Shown here: in pieces, positions 13,613-26,070 of the stretch
Layout: the number at the start of each line of letters is the position of its first letter
Numbering within the stretch: position 1 is the stretch's first letter
Origin: Octopus vulgaris
Lineage: Eukaryota
DNA length: 64,000 nt
Reading direction: 5' to 3'
Assembly (NCBI GenBank): GCA_951406725.2
Contig: OX597833.1
Span: 15,128,001 to 15,192,000 of the forward strand
The notes under the pieces: generated by a model
Databases searched by the model: none
Told to the model about the DNA's origin: nothing
Seen by the model: the letters and a program-made list of their open reading frames with translations, nothing else
Program-made: the position numbers and the translations under genes

Positions 13613-14950
13613 ATCGAATAAAACATAGATTCCCAATAAGTGCATAAATTGAAATATAAAGTTATGAATTATGGTCATGCCAGGCTTTTCAAAACGGACA
13701 TACCCGAGCAGCGTCCGGAAACCATGTTCGTAAAGATTGCATCATTCTGATAATGAATGACATTCGCCGGAAAATATGATTATTCTCATTTATTCATATT
13801 ACATGAGATAGAAATCCTTATTATGAAAATAAGTGAAATCATACTTGCGACAAATCTTCCATGCCGCAACACATTACTATACAACCATTGTCTGAACAAT
13901 GCCAGTAGATTCAATGTCCGCAAGTTTAGCGTTTTTGGCATATACTGATATATAATTGATGATAATGAGAAATGTGACGGGTCAGAAGGTTGCATTGGTT
14001 GTAGCCACGAAGCTTACGGACATGAAAAGGAAAGAAAATTTATATCTAGTTTTGGGAAAACGCTAATAATCAATTACTAGATCAAACGAGAATGGGAATT
14101 TAAAGATGATACATTGAAACAGGAATATGATGAAAATTAAGTTTGTTTTTATTTTATGTAAGTATATGCGTAGACGCTGCTAATGACACGTAATTCCTTT
14201 TATGACTAGATATCTGTATGACCGACCAAACAAACATTTATGCGGTATATTCTGTCACAAATTAAGTGTATGTATATGAGACAGTTAGTTATAATTTAGG
14301 TTAATAAGAGAGAGAGAAAAAGATGGTTTTTATAAGGAAGAGAGTAAAAGAGAGTTTTATAACGAAGAGAGAAAATGAGGCTTTTTATAACGAGACCCAG
14401 ACTGATATAGTCTTCAGGGATATTTGATATGGTCTAAGATTTGAGCTGAAATTATGGCATTATAAAAGATGCGAGAAACTTCTAGAACATTTTTTTTTTC
14501 CAATTTGGCAAGAAAAGTATTGCGGTTCTGTCCATCATTTCTAATATCCATTACAACTGCAAAGTTGTAATATAGGTAAATGCAGTTTGTTAAATGTGTT
14601 TGGTTGTTATAGTTTGCTCTGAAGGAATTAACAAACGTTGACGCAAAGTTAATTTGAGATGCTCTGAGTCGAGTCTGGTTAAAGAGCTCCTATGAACACG
14701 TGCCTTATCAAAGGAGAAATCGTATGAAATTACAAGGATTTTTATAGAAAAAATAGTGGATGCATTCGAACGTGAAAAAGAGCACGTATTCTATATTCGG
14801 TTTTATCTAAGTAAATTCGACAAGCATATGCCTGAAGTACAAGTAGCTTATAATTATGCTTATATGTGCATTATACAAACATCAATACACGTCCTTTCCC
14901 ACATAAGGCCGTTTCTTATTAGTTTCTGAAACGGATACAAATAATACAAG

Positions 14951-15040
<90 letters not shown>

Positions 15041-15043
<3 letters not shown>

Positions 15044-15439
15044 GAGTGGCTATGGCTGTGTGGTAAGCAGCTTGTTTACCAACCACATGCTTCCGGGTTC
15101 AGTTCCACTGCGTGACACCTTGGGCAAGTGTCTTATACTATAGCCCCGGGCCGACCAAAGCCCTGTGAGTGGATTTGGTAAACGGAAACTAAAAGAAGCC
15201 CGTCGTATATATGTATATATATATGTGCGTGTGTTTGTTTGTGTGTCTGTGTTTGTCCCCCTAGCATTGCTTGACAACCGATGCTGGTGTTTTTATGTCC
15301 CCGTTACTTAACGGTTCGGCAAAAGAGACCGATAGAATAAATACTGGGCTTACAAAAGAATAAGTCTCGGGGTCGAGTTGCTCGATTAAAGGCGGTGCTC
15401 CAGCATGGCCGCAGTCAAATGACTGAAACAGGTAAAATA

Positions 15440-15440
<1 letters not shown>
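15041..15440 (+). mobile_element. SINE-A
   Basis: Full head-to-tail match to the other copies; lies between (TA)n tracts. Confidence 0.92.
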
Positions 15441-15473
<33 letters not shown>

Positions 15474-15687
15474 CGGTAAAAGTGTATCTAGACAACAAAT
15501 AAAAACAGAACAGGGAGAGACAGCCAGTCAAACAAACAGCTACACAGGTGCATAGACACGGAGAGAAACACATAGATACACATACTTATATATGTACATG
15601 CATTTATATATACATGTACATATATATATATATATACGCATATATATATATATATATACGCATATACACATATGCATGCATATATAC

Positions 15688-15718
<31 letters not shown>

Positions 15719-15885
15719 TATATATATATATATATGAATATATATATATATACGCATATACACATATGCATACATATATACACATGTATGTATATATATA
15801 TATATATATATATGAATATATATATATATCTGCCATATATATATATATATATATGAATATATATATATATGAATATATATATATA

Positions 15886-15961
<76 letters not shown>

Positions 15962-16141
15962 AGTAGTTGAATGAATTATCTTAGTATGGATAATTCGGTT
16001 AACCGATACCTGGGTAGCAAATTCACGTCAGAAAAACATGGTTGACGCTACATGCCAATGGCAGAGATCACGTGCTTTCGTGTGGAAATTTGTGTGTTCT
16101 AGAGCTTTTGTTCATCTTGATGCTGACATAAGTTCCTTGTT

Positions 16142-16222
16142 TTTCCTGATGAGAAGGCGGAATAATGCACCCCTTATTCCTTCGAAATTAGGAATATGCA
16201 GCCTTCGAAACATATGTCGAGA
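16142..16222 (+). ncRNA. Type I hammerhead ribozyme motif, canonical core
   Basis: tttc CTGATGA gaaggc [42 nt] gccttc GAAAC atat GTC gaga. All core bases present; helix III is the palindrome acatatgt. Confidence 0.85.
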
Positions 16223-16264
16223 ATAAAGGAATTTTGTTAAATCCTCGTTCAACTCCATGCTTTC

Positions 16265-16332
<68 letters not shown>

Positions 16333-16510
16333 CTAGATTATTTTATGCGCAACTCCATTGTCTCCCGAGACAAAAAGGCTGCCAACAATATATATACATA
16401 TATATGCCAGATAAGCACATACATGAGAAACAAGGTGGAGAAAAGTGCTACTCGAATACTGAAGGTAGAGTAATATGGTTTATTAAAAGGAGCAAAAAAT
16501 CACAAAAAAA

Positions 16511-16547
16511 TGTTAATCAGAGTTTCACATTCCCGTTCTTCGGAGAG
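16511..16547 (-). ncRNA. Hammerhead-like motif, CCGANGA core (decayed), with inverted partial copy at 16566-16588
   Basis: RC: ctct CCGAAGA acgggaatgt GAAAC tctga TTA aca. Same family as 43204-43241. Confidence 0.5.
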
Positions 16548-16720
16548 ATTTGTTTCGAAAGAAAACTGTCCAACGAACGGGAATGTGATTCTTTGGGTGT
16601 TTTTAATGAGACATTTAGAAATTTAATATTTCTGATTACGATGATCAGTGAATGGATTTCACTGTAAATATATATGTTTGTGAAGGCTGGACAGGCACCT
16701 CAATCAGCAGATCTCACTAT

Positions 16721-16767
16721 CCTGGGCTGATGACGGGTTAAGGCCCAGAAACATGCATGTCCTCAGG
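16721..16767 (+). ncRNA. Type I hammerhead ribozyme motif
   Basis: cctggg CTGATGA c ggg ttaagg ccc a GAAAC atgcat GTC ctcagg. 6-bp helix I; palindromic helix III acatgcatgt. Confidence 0.8.
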
Positions 16768-16930
16768 TGTGAATCTTGGCTGGTGGGGGTGCTTACCTCC
16801 CCTTCACAAACATAAGGACACAGGGAAAAAATGTGTCAAAGCCGACAGGAAGCGTTCGATGCTTCCTAGGGCTAAACAGCGGTGGGGTGATTCCCATACG
16901 GGACTGTCGCGATGGGTTGACGGTATACAA

Positions 16931-16989
<59 letters not shown>

Positions 16990-17204
16990 GTATCTATATC
17001 CAATGTATATATATATCCATGTATATATATATAGATATATACATGCACACACATATATACAAATATATATACAAATGCATGTACATATATAAGTATGTAT
17101 ATCTATGTATTTCTCTCCGTGTCTATGCACCTGTGTAGTTGTCTGTTTGACTGGCTGTCTCTCCTTGTTCCTTTTTTATTTGTTGTCTAGATACACTTTT
17201 ACCG

Positions 17205-17246
<42 letters not shown>

Positions 17247-17378
17247 TATTTTACCTGTTTCAGTCATTTGACTGCGGCCATGCTGGAGCACTGCCTTTAA
17301 TCGAGCAACTCGACCCCGGGACTTATTCTTTTGTAAGCCCAGTATTTATTCTATCGGTCTCTTTATATATATATATAA

Positions 17379-17855
17379 AAGGTGGCGAGCTGGCAGAAAC
17401 GTTAGCGCGCAGGGCAAAACGTTTAGCGGTATTTCGTCTGTCGTTACGTTCTGAATTCAAATTCCGCCGAGGTCTACTTTGCCTTTCATCCTTTCGGGGT
17501 CGATAAATAAAGTACCAGTTTCGCACTGGGGTCGATGTAATCGACTTAATCTCTTTGTGTGTCGTGTTCGTCCCCTCTATGTTTAGCCCCTTGTGGGTAG
17601 TAAAGAAATATATATATATATATATAAAAGGCGGCGAGCTGGCAGAAACGTTAGCGCGCTGGGCAAAATGTTTAGCGGTATTTCGTCTGTCGTTATGTTC
17701 TGAATTCAAATTCCGCCGAGGTCGACTTTGCCTTTCATCCTTTCGGGGTCGACAAATAAAGTACCAGTTTCGCACTGAGGTGGATGTAATCGACTTAATC
17801 CCTTTGTCTGTCCTTGTTTGTCCCCTCTATGTTTAGCCCCTTGTGGGTAGTAAAG

Positions 17856-17860
<5 letters not shown>
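17379..17860 (+). mobile_element. Two full-length SINE-B copies separated by (TA)n
   Basis: Copies at 17379-17609 and 17628-17860 share private variants (ttagcgcgc, ctgtcgtt, gtttcgcac), suggesting local duplication or a common source. Confidence 0.9.
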
Positions 17861-17923
<63 letters not shown>

Positions 17924-18892
17924 GTGTTCAAAGAAGAAAATGGAGGAGATGATCCCTCAGCAAACATCAGCCTGCACACCCTTCATCTGGATCAATTTTT
18001 TAATTACAGTCATATGTATAAGTAAATAAATAAACAAGTAAATAAAAAACACATAAATGAATATGAATGAATGATTGAATAATATTATATTCTTACAGCC
18101 GTTTCTACTTTGGGAGTTCCAACTTGCCAACGTTTACACATCATACTAGTATTATACAGAGATTTTACAAAGGTAGAACGAAAATTGGACAGGGGTTGGA
18201 CAATAATTGAGCCCCGAAACTTCTTCAGAGAATCCATAATGATAAGAATCAAACTTACGAGGAAGAAACATAAGATAATAAAAATATTAAGGGAATAGTA
18301 AAAATATTCATAGGTTACGAGATTACATCTTATGGCCAAAAAGTCACTTCCCGAAGCAATCGCCATTGATTGATTATCTTCATTTTCTCCTTTGGCTTAT
18401 AAATTCTGAATAAATTTCTTGTTTACTCTCACTTGTACCTATTATTCAATTGGGCTACTGCCCTACAGCAGTAAGGATTTGGATATAGATACATAAATAT
18501 ACATCGAGTAGTATATCGGATATGTATTATACCTTAGATGGAAAGCGGGGAGAGTTGGAACCCCTGCTGTATCATTTCCAGCTGGCCACAGCTTCGTAGC
18601 CTCCGCTTCATCTTGCCGAGTTATAGCTTACAGCATTTACAACATTCATCGGGCTTTGAGCATCAGGCATGATGTTTGAATTTTAATACCCGGGGCGAAT
18701 GACTGTGATGCAAGTAAATCTTTTCCAATATTCAGGTGGCTAAATATCAGATGACTTTTTCTCAACCACAATATTAATCTCAATGCTCTGCAACGTCGTT
18801 GACTCTTCCCCAGTGCATAAAGTTGTTCCCGAAAAAAAGGAGACAATAAAATCGTCAAATTTATCATGAACACACTGTATATGTATGTTTTG

Positions 18893-19300
18893 AAGAAATT
18901 AAAAGGGTAATGGAGGAGTATAAATGGTATGAAATAGGTGAGACCAGGTATGCAGTGATTGAAAAGAAGAGAATAGATGAGTTTATGTTGAGGTGTGAAA
19001 GGGAGAATTGGGAGGAGAAAGATACAAGAATGAGCGATGAATTCGTGGAAAATATGGAGGAGTATTTCGGAGTAAGAATGGATATGGAAGGTCTTCGCAT
19101 TGGGAATGAACATTTGAGTGACAGTGAAAACCAAAGGACAGGTAAGTGATGCTGACGGATGGGGCCGTTAGCATCGCTCTCATATTATCATTTTTTGATT
19201 TAATAATTCATTTTTCATAAATTTTAATTATAATGTTCTATGTCCCAATGTCTTGTGGTGTCCCCTCTGTGTCGCCCCTAGTGGGTAATAAAGAAAGAGA
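18893..19300 (+). mobile_element. 5'-truncated LINE 3' end (probably L1/Tx1-like)
   Basis: 17-bp TSD tgtatatgtatgttttg at 18876 and 19301. Open frame to 19149, T-rich UTR, terminal gtcccctctgtgtcgcccctagtgggtaataaagaaa. The clade assignment is inference. Confidence 0.7.
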
Positions 19301-20109
19301 TGTATATGTATGTTTTGGAGCGCACGAGTGTGTGGCTTATTTACTTAGAACTACCTTAAGAATACTTCAATATTTTGCAGCTGCTGTTTTTACGGTTAAA
19401 ACTTGCACCACAATTATATATGTATAAACTCAGTAAATTTGTAGGAAAGGCTTGAATAGGAAAGGAGATTGGTCTTAACCATATATAACATTGAACTTTT
19501 TTTAATATCTAACATGTATTTCTGTTTCTTCGACTTGAAGGATTTATCTAATGTTAAATAAGCAACGCAGGTAATTACAGGCTTCATAGCGGGGGAACCT
19601 TTAAATATTGAAATAGTTCAAGATCTTAGCAAGCAAGTGTTTTTTTTTCTTTTTAAGGAAAATAGCTGGAATGAAGCACATTTAACAGGAAAAGATTTTC
19701 TATAGTAAACAGCAGAAACATTTTAATGTGAAGTCCCATAGTTATAAGAAACATGTCCTTCTAATTCTGGGTTAGGCTATTACATATTATAAAATTGCAT
19801 AACATTTGACGTTTTTTCTCTCCCTTATTCCATTATATATTTATTCCTAAAGTAATCTGTTCTTAATCGGTTTATGTGCAAAGATATACAGCATATTAAA
19901 GAGAGGAAAACGAAAACAGCAATTATTATTGCAATTTTTCATTTTGAACTACATATCCTAAAATATGGTTAATTGGATTTTAAACAGAAACCTTAGAGCC
20001 GTTTTAATATTCACATTATACGGGAAAACATGCTTTTAAAACCCTGCCAGCAGCATCTTCTCTTCTAGAAGATTTGTAAATTACGTTGTTATTTAAAATA
20101 TGGCAGATA

Positions 20110-20380
20110 GAAGAGAACTTTTTCCCACCCAGGGCAGATGTGGTCCACTATATTCTCAGGCCAATCAATGTCTTGTGAATGGATTTAATAGAGAGAAATT
20201 GTGGGAAAGCTTCTCCTTGTTATTATGTATGTGTCTTTGCGTGTCTGGGCCTATCCGACGCCCAGGTTCAACAATTAAAAATAAAAATATAGAACAACTT
20301 AACTCCTAGCATCTACTAGCTTCCACCAAAACCTTCAAGGCGATGCTCCAGCATGGCCGCATTACAATGGCCGAAACAAG
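20110..20380 (+). mobile_element. SINE-A, old and degenerate
   Basis: cttgtgaatggattt and ggcgatgctccagcatggccgc...gaaacaag are recognisable. Confidence 0.6.
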
Positions 20381-20391
20381 TTCTGAGATTG

Positions 20392-20625
20392 AAAAATAGC
20401 AATTTTCTATTATTTACATCCGACGGATATTTGTCTTCATCTTGTTTGTTGTTCTCCAGGTGTCTTGGAGTATTTTCGAACCTGGGTTCTCATTCCTAAG
20501 GTATTTTACGATGTTATTATTATTATTATTTTTTTTTTATTAGTGTTCGGGTCACTTCTTGGATTCTAACTCGGAATCTTGGGATTAGTAGCCCGCGCTC
20601 TTCACCACTATGCTATATACCCGTG
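20392..20625 (-). mobile_element. Fourth tRNA-headed SINE-like element with internal (TAA)n
   Basis: RC head tagcatagtggtgaagagcgcgggctactaatcccaagattccgagttagaatcc has A/B boxes. Confidence 0.55.
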
Positions 20626-21382
20626 GACGGCACGTGGCTATAGTAGAAGACATTTGCCCAAGGTGCCACGCAGTGGGACTGAATCTGGAACCATGTGGTT
20701 CATAAGCAAGCTACTTACCACACAGCCACACCTACGCCTATGTAGATAATATGTAGATAATATATAAGATTTTCGTTCAGCTGAAAATTTACGTCTTATA
20801 AGGAAAAAAAAATTCGAAAATATGAATCAAGGAATACATGTTTTGTTATATTTCAATAAATCTATTTCTATTAGCTCATGAATTATTTTCTCAAATTACA
20901 TTAATCCGTCTAGACTTTGTAAATACAAAGTAATTACTAACGTCTTCTGATAAATCTATGACAACAGTGAAATATCAATCGATTTAGGATTTTGTATTTA
21001 TATTCATAAACTGTATTCAAATATTCTCCAAACCATTCTGCGTTTGATTACATAATGATATTTCACTCAATTTTCTACATAATTATATCAAAATAAATTA
21101 TGAGACGTATTTTCTGCCTAAAAAAAATAAAGATTAACTAAAGTTTGGACATTTAAATATGTAGAACACGCAGCATTCGTTTTGAGTTATTTTGGCTACT
21201 TTTAACGAATCTATTGTAAAATATTTCAAAACAATTATATATTTATTTATTTATTGTTTTTTTTCATTCATTGATTAAATTTATGTATTTAGTAATTTAT
21301 TGATCCATCTATCTATATTGATACATGAACATATAGTTATATTTATATGTATGGGTGTCTGCTCTGGTGTACGTGTACATAT

Positions 21383-21429
<47 letters not shown>

Positions 21430-21480
21430 TCGTTCCCCTTCTCTGTCTCTCTCTCTCTCTTTCTATAAATATATATATAT

Positions 21481-21537
<57 letters not shown>

Positions 21538-21566
21538 TATACATACATATACATACATATATATAC

Positions 21567-21603
<37 letters not shown>

Positions 21604-21829
21604 AATATATATACATACATATATATATATACATGCATATATATATATATATATATAGATACATATACATATATGTGTGTGTATCTGTGTACACATACAG
21701 AGAAGAATACAGAGATTGATGGATGAATAAACTTACATTGAGTTATATAATTTCATACAGAGACACGTATATATATACACACACACACATATATATATAC
21801 ACAAAAACACACACATATATACACACACA

Positions 21830-21955
<126 letters not shown>

Positions 21956-22264
21956 TAGATATTGTATTTGGACACTGACAAATCCCATGCTAAGACATCT
22001 TTATATCTTTTAACAGTTCCTTCAAGAAGACAAATGAAATCTGTCAATATAGAAGATGTGACAATAGGCGTTATTGCATTAATATGGCGACACCAATACA
22101 TCTCCATACAAATTTGGTGGAAAAGAGTAAAACTCCCTGAAAAGAATGGGCGATCAAATATTCTTCCAATATGACATTTTACATAAGGTAGTCATGGGTC
22201 GCAACATACTCTAAAGGAAGATTAATTAATATTATGAAAATCATTAATAATAGAAGCCTGTCTT

Positions 22265-22299
<35 letters not shown>

Positions 22300-22365
22300 C
22301 ATATAAACACACACACATACATACATGCATACATACATACATAGAATACATATATATATATATAC

Positions 22366-22522
22366 ACGACATGTATCTTTTAGTTTTTGTCTATCAAATC
22401 CACTCACATGGCTTTGGTCATCCCAAGGCTATATTAGAAGAGACTTACTCAAGGTGCAGCGCAGTGGGACTGAAACAGGAACCATGTGGTTTGGAAGCAG
22501 GTTTCTTACCACACAGACACGC
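22366..22522 (-). mobile_element. SINE-A 5' half
   Basis: RC matches the SINE-A head. A similar head fragment lies at 20630-20740. Confidence 0.8.
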
Positions 22523-22539
22523 ATATATATATATATATA

Positions 22540-22823
22540 AATTAGAGATAAAACCACTAAAATTTATAAATTAAATTAGAGATAAAACCACTAAAATTTA
22601 AAATTTATAAGTTAAAATTATTTTAATAATTTTTTAATCTTTAACTTTTATATTTTAAAATTAATTTTATGTATTGGCTTCTGTTTTTCACTGTTTGATT
22701 TGCCTAATAGTGGTGTTATCTCTAATTTAATATAATATAATATAATATATTTATACTATAAAATGGGATTTAATCCTAAATCTAATTTTTCCCTGTAAGT
22801 TTGGATTTATTCCCTAATATTAT

Positions 22824-22830
<7 letters not shown>
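22540..22830. mobile_element. Collapsed foldback element, same family as 32562-32946
   Basis: aattagagataaaaccacta / tagtggtgttatctctaatt arms, plus tail ttttccctgtaagtttggatttattccctaatatt (RC of 32566-32600). Confidence 0.75.
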
Positions 22831-22909
<79 letters not shown>

Positions 22910-23353
22910 TATGCGTGGCTGTGTGGTAAGAAGCTTGCTTCCCAATACATACTGAGGTTGATAGGGAGCGACATATATGCAGGCAAATTTATTGACTGAA
23001 GTTTTGAAAGACATGAAAAGTGAAAGTAAGAATAGATTGAGACTAATCCATATATTAAAAAAGAAAAAAAAACAAAAAAAAATATTTCCCAATAGTAAAT
23101 AGTGAGTGACGACTTCAAATTTCAAGTCCCGCCTTATGAATTGTAGTATGTACAATGACTATTAACTGAAATACTGCTAAGGTATTGAATATTATATATG
23201 ACTATTTCTGAGATATATACCGTAGTTGAATTCCTTGTGGAAATGAGGCTAAACCGTCAGGATTTAACGAAACGATATTGATAAATTTCTTTAAAAAGTT
23301 TATTAAGTTCATTTACGCAATAAATTCCACGTAAGAAAATCTGAAAAAAAATA

Positions 23354-23728
23354 TCTCTCTATATATAAACGGCAGTTTGTCTGTCTGCGTGTCTGTGTGT
23401 CTGATAGGTTGTACCCTCACCCTGACCACGGCTTTCAACCGATTCTGATGAAACTTGACACACACATAGCCCAATGTCATAGCCCAATGTCATAGCCCAT
23501 GAAAAGTTCCTCCAGTTCTGAAAAAAATCGATAAATTCGACATGGGGTTGAGAATCAGAAACACAAACCACAGACTGTCTAGGGGACGCAACTCGACCTT
23601 TTTAGCTCTCAAAAAAAATTTACCATATTTTTTTTCCATTTTTTTGCTATTTTTTAGCTATAACTCTCTAAAAATGCTTTATAGTTATTTCCCTTACAAA
23701 CCCGAGCAAGGCCGGGCGATACTGCTAG
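23354..23728 (+). mobile_element. Non-autonomous Helitron (subfamily H2)
   Basis: A|TC start, subterminal hairpin cccgagcaaggccggg, CTAG|T end, no TSD. Confidence 0.88.
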
Positions 23729-23889
23729 TAATTTAATAAAAACACTGATAAACATTGCGTCAAATGCAACTATGAAAAGGTAAAATATGAAAGAAAGAAG
23801 CAGTGAGAAAGATACAGAGAAAAGTGAAGCTCAATTTCTAACGGAAATTATTACAATTAATACCTGCGTTTTTATTGTATTGCTTTCAA

Positions 23890-24090
23890 AGGCGGCGAGC
23901 TGTCAGGGTCGTTAGCACGCCGTTCTGAGTTCAAATTCACTACATTCTGTCTTCGAAAATCCGCCGAAGTCGAATTTGCCTTTCATTCTTTCCAGGTCGA
24001 TAAACCAAGTACCAGTAAAGCCATGGGGTCGATGTAATCGACTAGTGCCTTTCCAACAGACCTGAGGACTTGTGGCTCCAGTAGAATAGT
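23890..24090 (+). mobile_element. SINE-B, old subfamily
   Basis: aaggcggcgagctg head and Meta-like core, different tail. Similar decayed copies lie at 37646-37810 and 61915-62130. Confidence 0.7.
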
Positions 24091-24234
24091 CATTTTATTT
24101 CTTTCAGTTATTGGAGTGCAGACATTGAGGAACATCACAATGGAGGTTTTTGTCCATGAAGTTTTAAGCCCGCCCTCCCTCTCTCTCTCTTTCTCTCTTC
24201 CCACTGACCATTTAACTTATTTAATTATTTTCCT

Positions 24235-24532
24235 GCGGAGGCACATGGCTTAGTGGTTAGAGCAGCAGAATCGCGGTCGAGAGATCACAGGTTCGAATCT
24301 CAGACCGGGTGATGTGTGTGTTTATGAGCGAGACACCTAAGCTCCACGTGGCTCCGGCAGAAGGTAACGATGAACTTCTGCTGACTCTTTTGCCACAGCT
24401 TTTTCTCACTCACTCCTCCTGCATCTTGCAGCTCACCTGCGATGGAATGGCGTCCCGTCCAGGTGGGGAACCTATACGCCAAGGAAACCGGAAAACCGGC
24501 CCAATGAACCAGACGTAGCTCGTGAAGGAACA
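24235..24532 (+). mobile_element. SINE-C, tail type 3 (V-domain-like)
   Basis: SINE-C head, then cctgcgatggaatggcgtcccgtccagg..ggaaaccgg, resembling the V-SINE domain (from recall). Confidence 0.8.
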
Positions 24533-24889
24533 AAAAAAATATATTTTCTTATTCATTCATTTATTTCGGAAGGTGATTGAATTAGTAATAAGATGAAACT
24601 ATTTTCAAAAGAACGATAGAAGGAAAAATCCAGTATCAATTTAGATGAATAAAAGTATAGATTAATAATTCGGCTCGGGTTGGAAGGTCGTGAGTTCGAT
24701 TCTTAGCGTTGCGTTGTGTCCTTGATCAAAAAACTTTATTTGATGATATTCTCGTCTATTCAATTGCAAAAAATATATTGTGCTATTAATCCAAATGGCC
24801 AGACTCCTCATATTCTCTCTCACGCTGAATCTTCACGAGCGCTATGTTAAGGCCGCATTTATTTATTATATATTTATGCCCCATTTTCA

Positions 24890-25165
24890 AGCCTAGCCAG
24901 GCACATGGGCCCGGTTTCCCGGTTCCTGTGGCGTATGTGTTCCCTCGAGGTGGACGGGACGCCATTCCATCGCAGCGTTACACAAGATACAGGAAGAAAG
25001 AGTGAGAGAAAGTTGGGGCGAAAGAGTACAACAGGGATCGCCACCACCCTCTGCCGGAGCCTCGTGGAGCTTTAGGTGTTTTCGCTCAATATACACACAC
25101 AACGGCCGGTCTGGGAATCGAAACCGCGAGTCTGCTGCCCTAACCACTGTGCCATTGCGCCTGCA
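24890..25165 (-). mobile_element. SINE-C, tail type 3
   Basis: RC has gctgcgatggaatggcgtcccgtccacc..ggaaccgggaaaccggg. Inverted relative to the 24235 copy. Confidence 0.8.
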
Positions 25166-25571
25166 TTTAACTATTACGTACTCAGCTACGTCCACAATAA
25201 TGTCACGAGCCGGCTGTTGCATTGATTAATTCAACTGGAACACCTGACTCCATGACTGACGGAGTGCCAATGAATTATTAATCTATACTTTTATTCACCT
25301 AAATTAATACGGACTATTCCTTCTATCATTCTTTAGAAAATAGTTCGATCTTAGTACGAATATATTTCTTTGAAGCCAGTTCCTTTGATAACCCTATTTT
25401 ATTATTTAGTTTTATATCTTTACGATTCTTTGAATTTATTTTTTAGTCTTTTAATAATTTGACATCGCTGCATTCAGAATCTGCTTCATTGAATCTGCGG
25501 TGATCTGTGGGCATTGATTCTTCAAAGCAAATCATAACTGGTGACCTGCTGTGTATATGTACCGCCTGTGA

Positions 25572-25842
<271 letters not shown>

Positions 25843-25856
25843 TATGTATACATATT

Positions 25857-26039
25857 TAGGCGTTGACGTGGCTGCGTGGTATTCAGTTTGCTTCTCAACA
25901 ACATAGTTCCTAGTTCACTCCCACTGCGTGGAAACCTGGGCAACACTATTCTACTTTAGCCTCAGGCCGGCTAAAGACCTGTGAGTGGATTTGTTAGATG
26001 GAAACTGAAAGAAGCATGTCGTGTATATATATATATATG

Positions 26040-26070
<31 letters not shown>

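Larger units (their letters stand above)
15321..17364. repeat. Inverted duplication, arms about 15321-15612 and 17066-17364
   Basis: The SINE-A tail plus unique flank (taacggtaaaagtgtatctagacaacaaat...) is repeated in reverse complement. Confidence 0.9.

Noticed and set aside
18910-19149. Host exon (79-aa ORF with a splice-donor-like gtaagt near its end)
   Set aside because: Lies inside a TSD-bounded insert with a retroposon-type 3' end.
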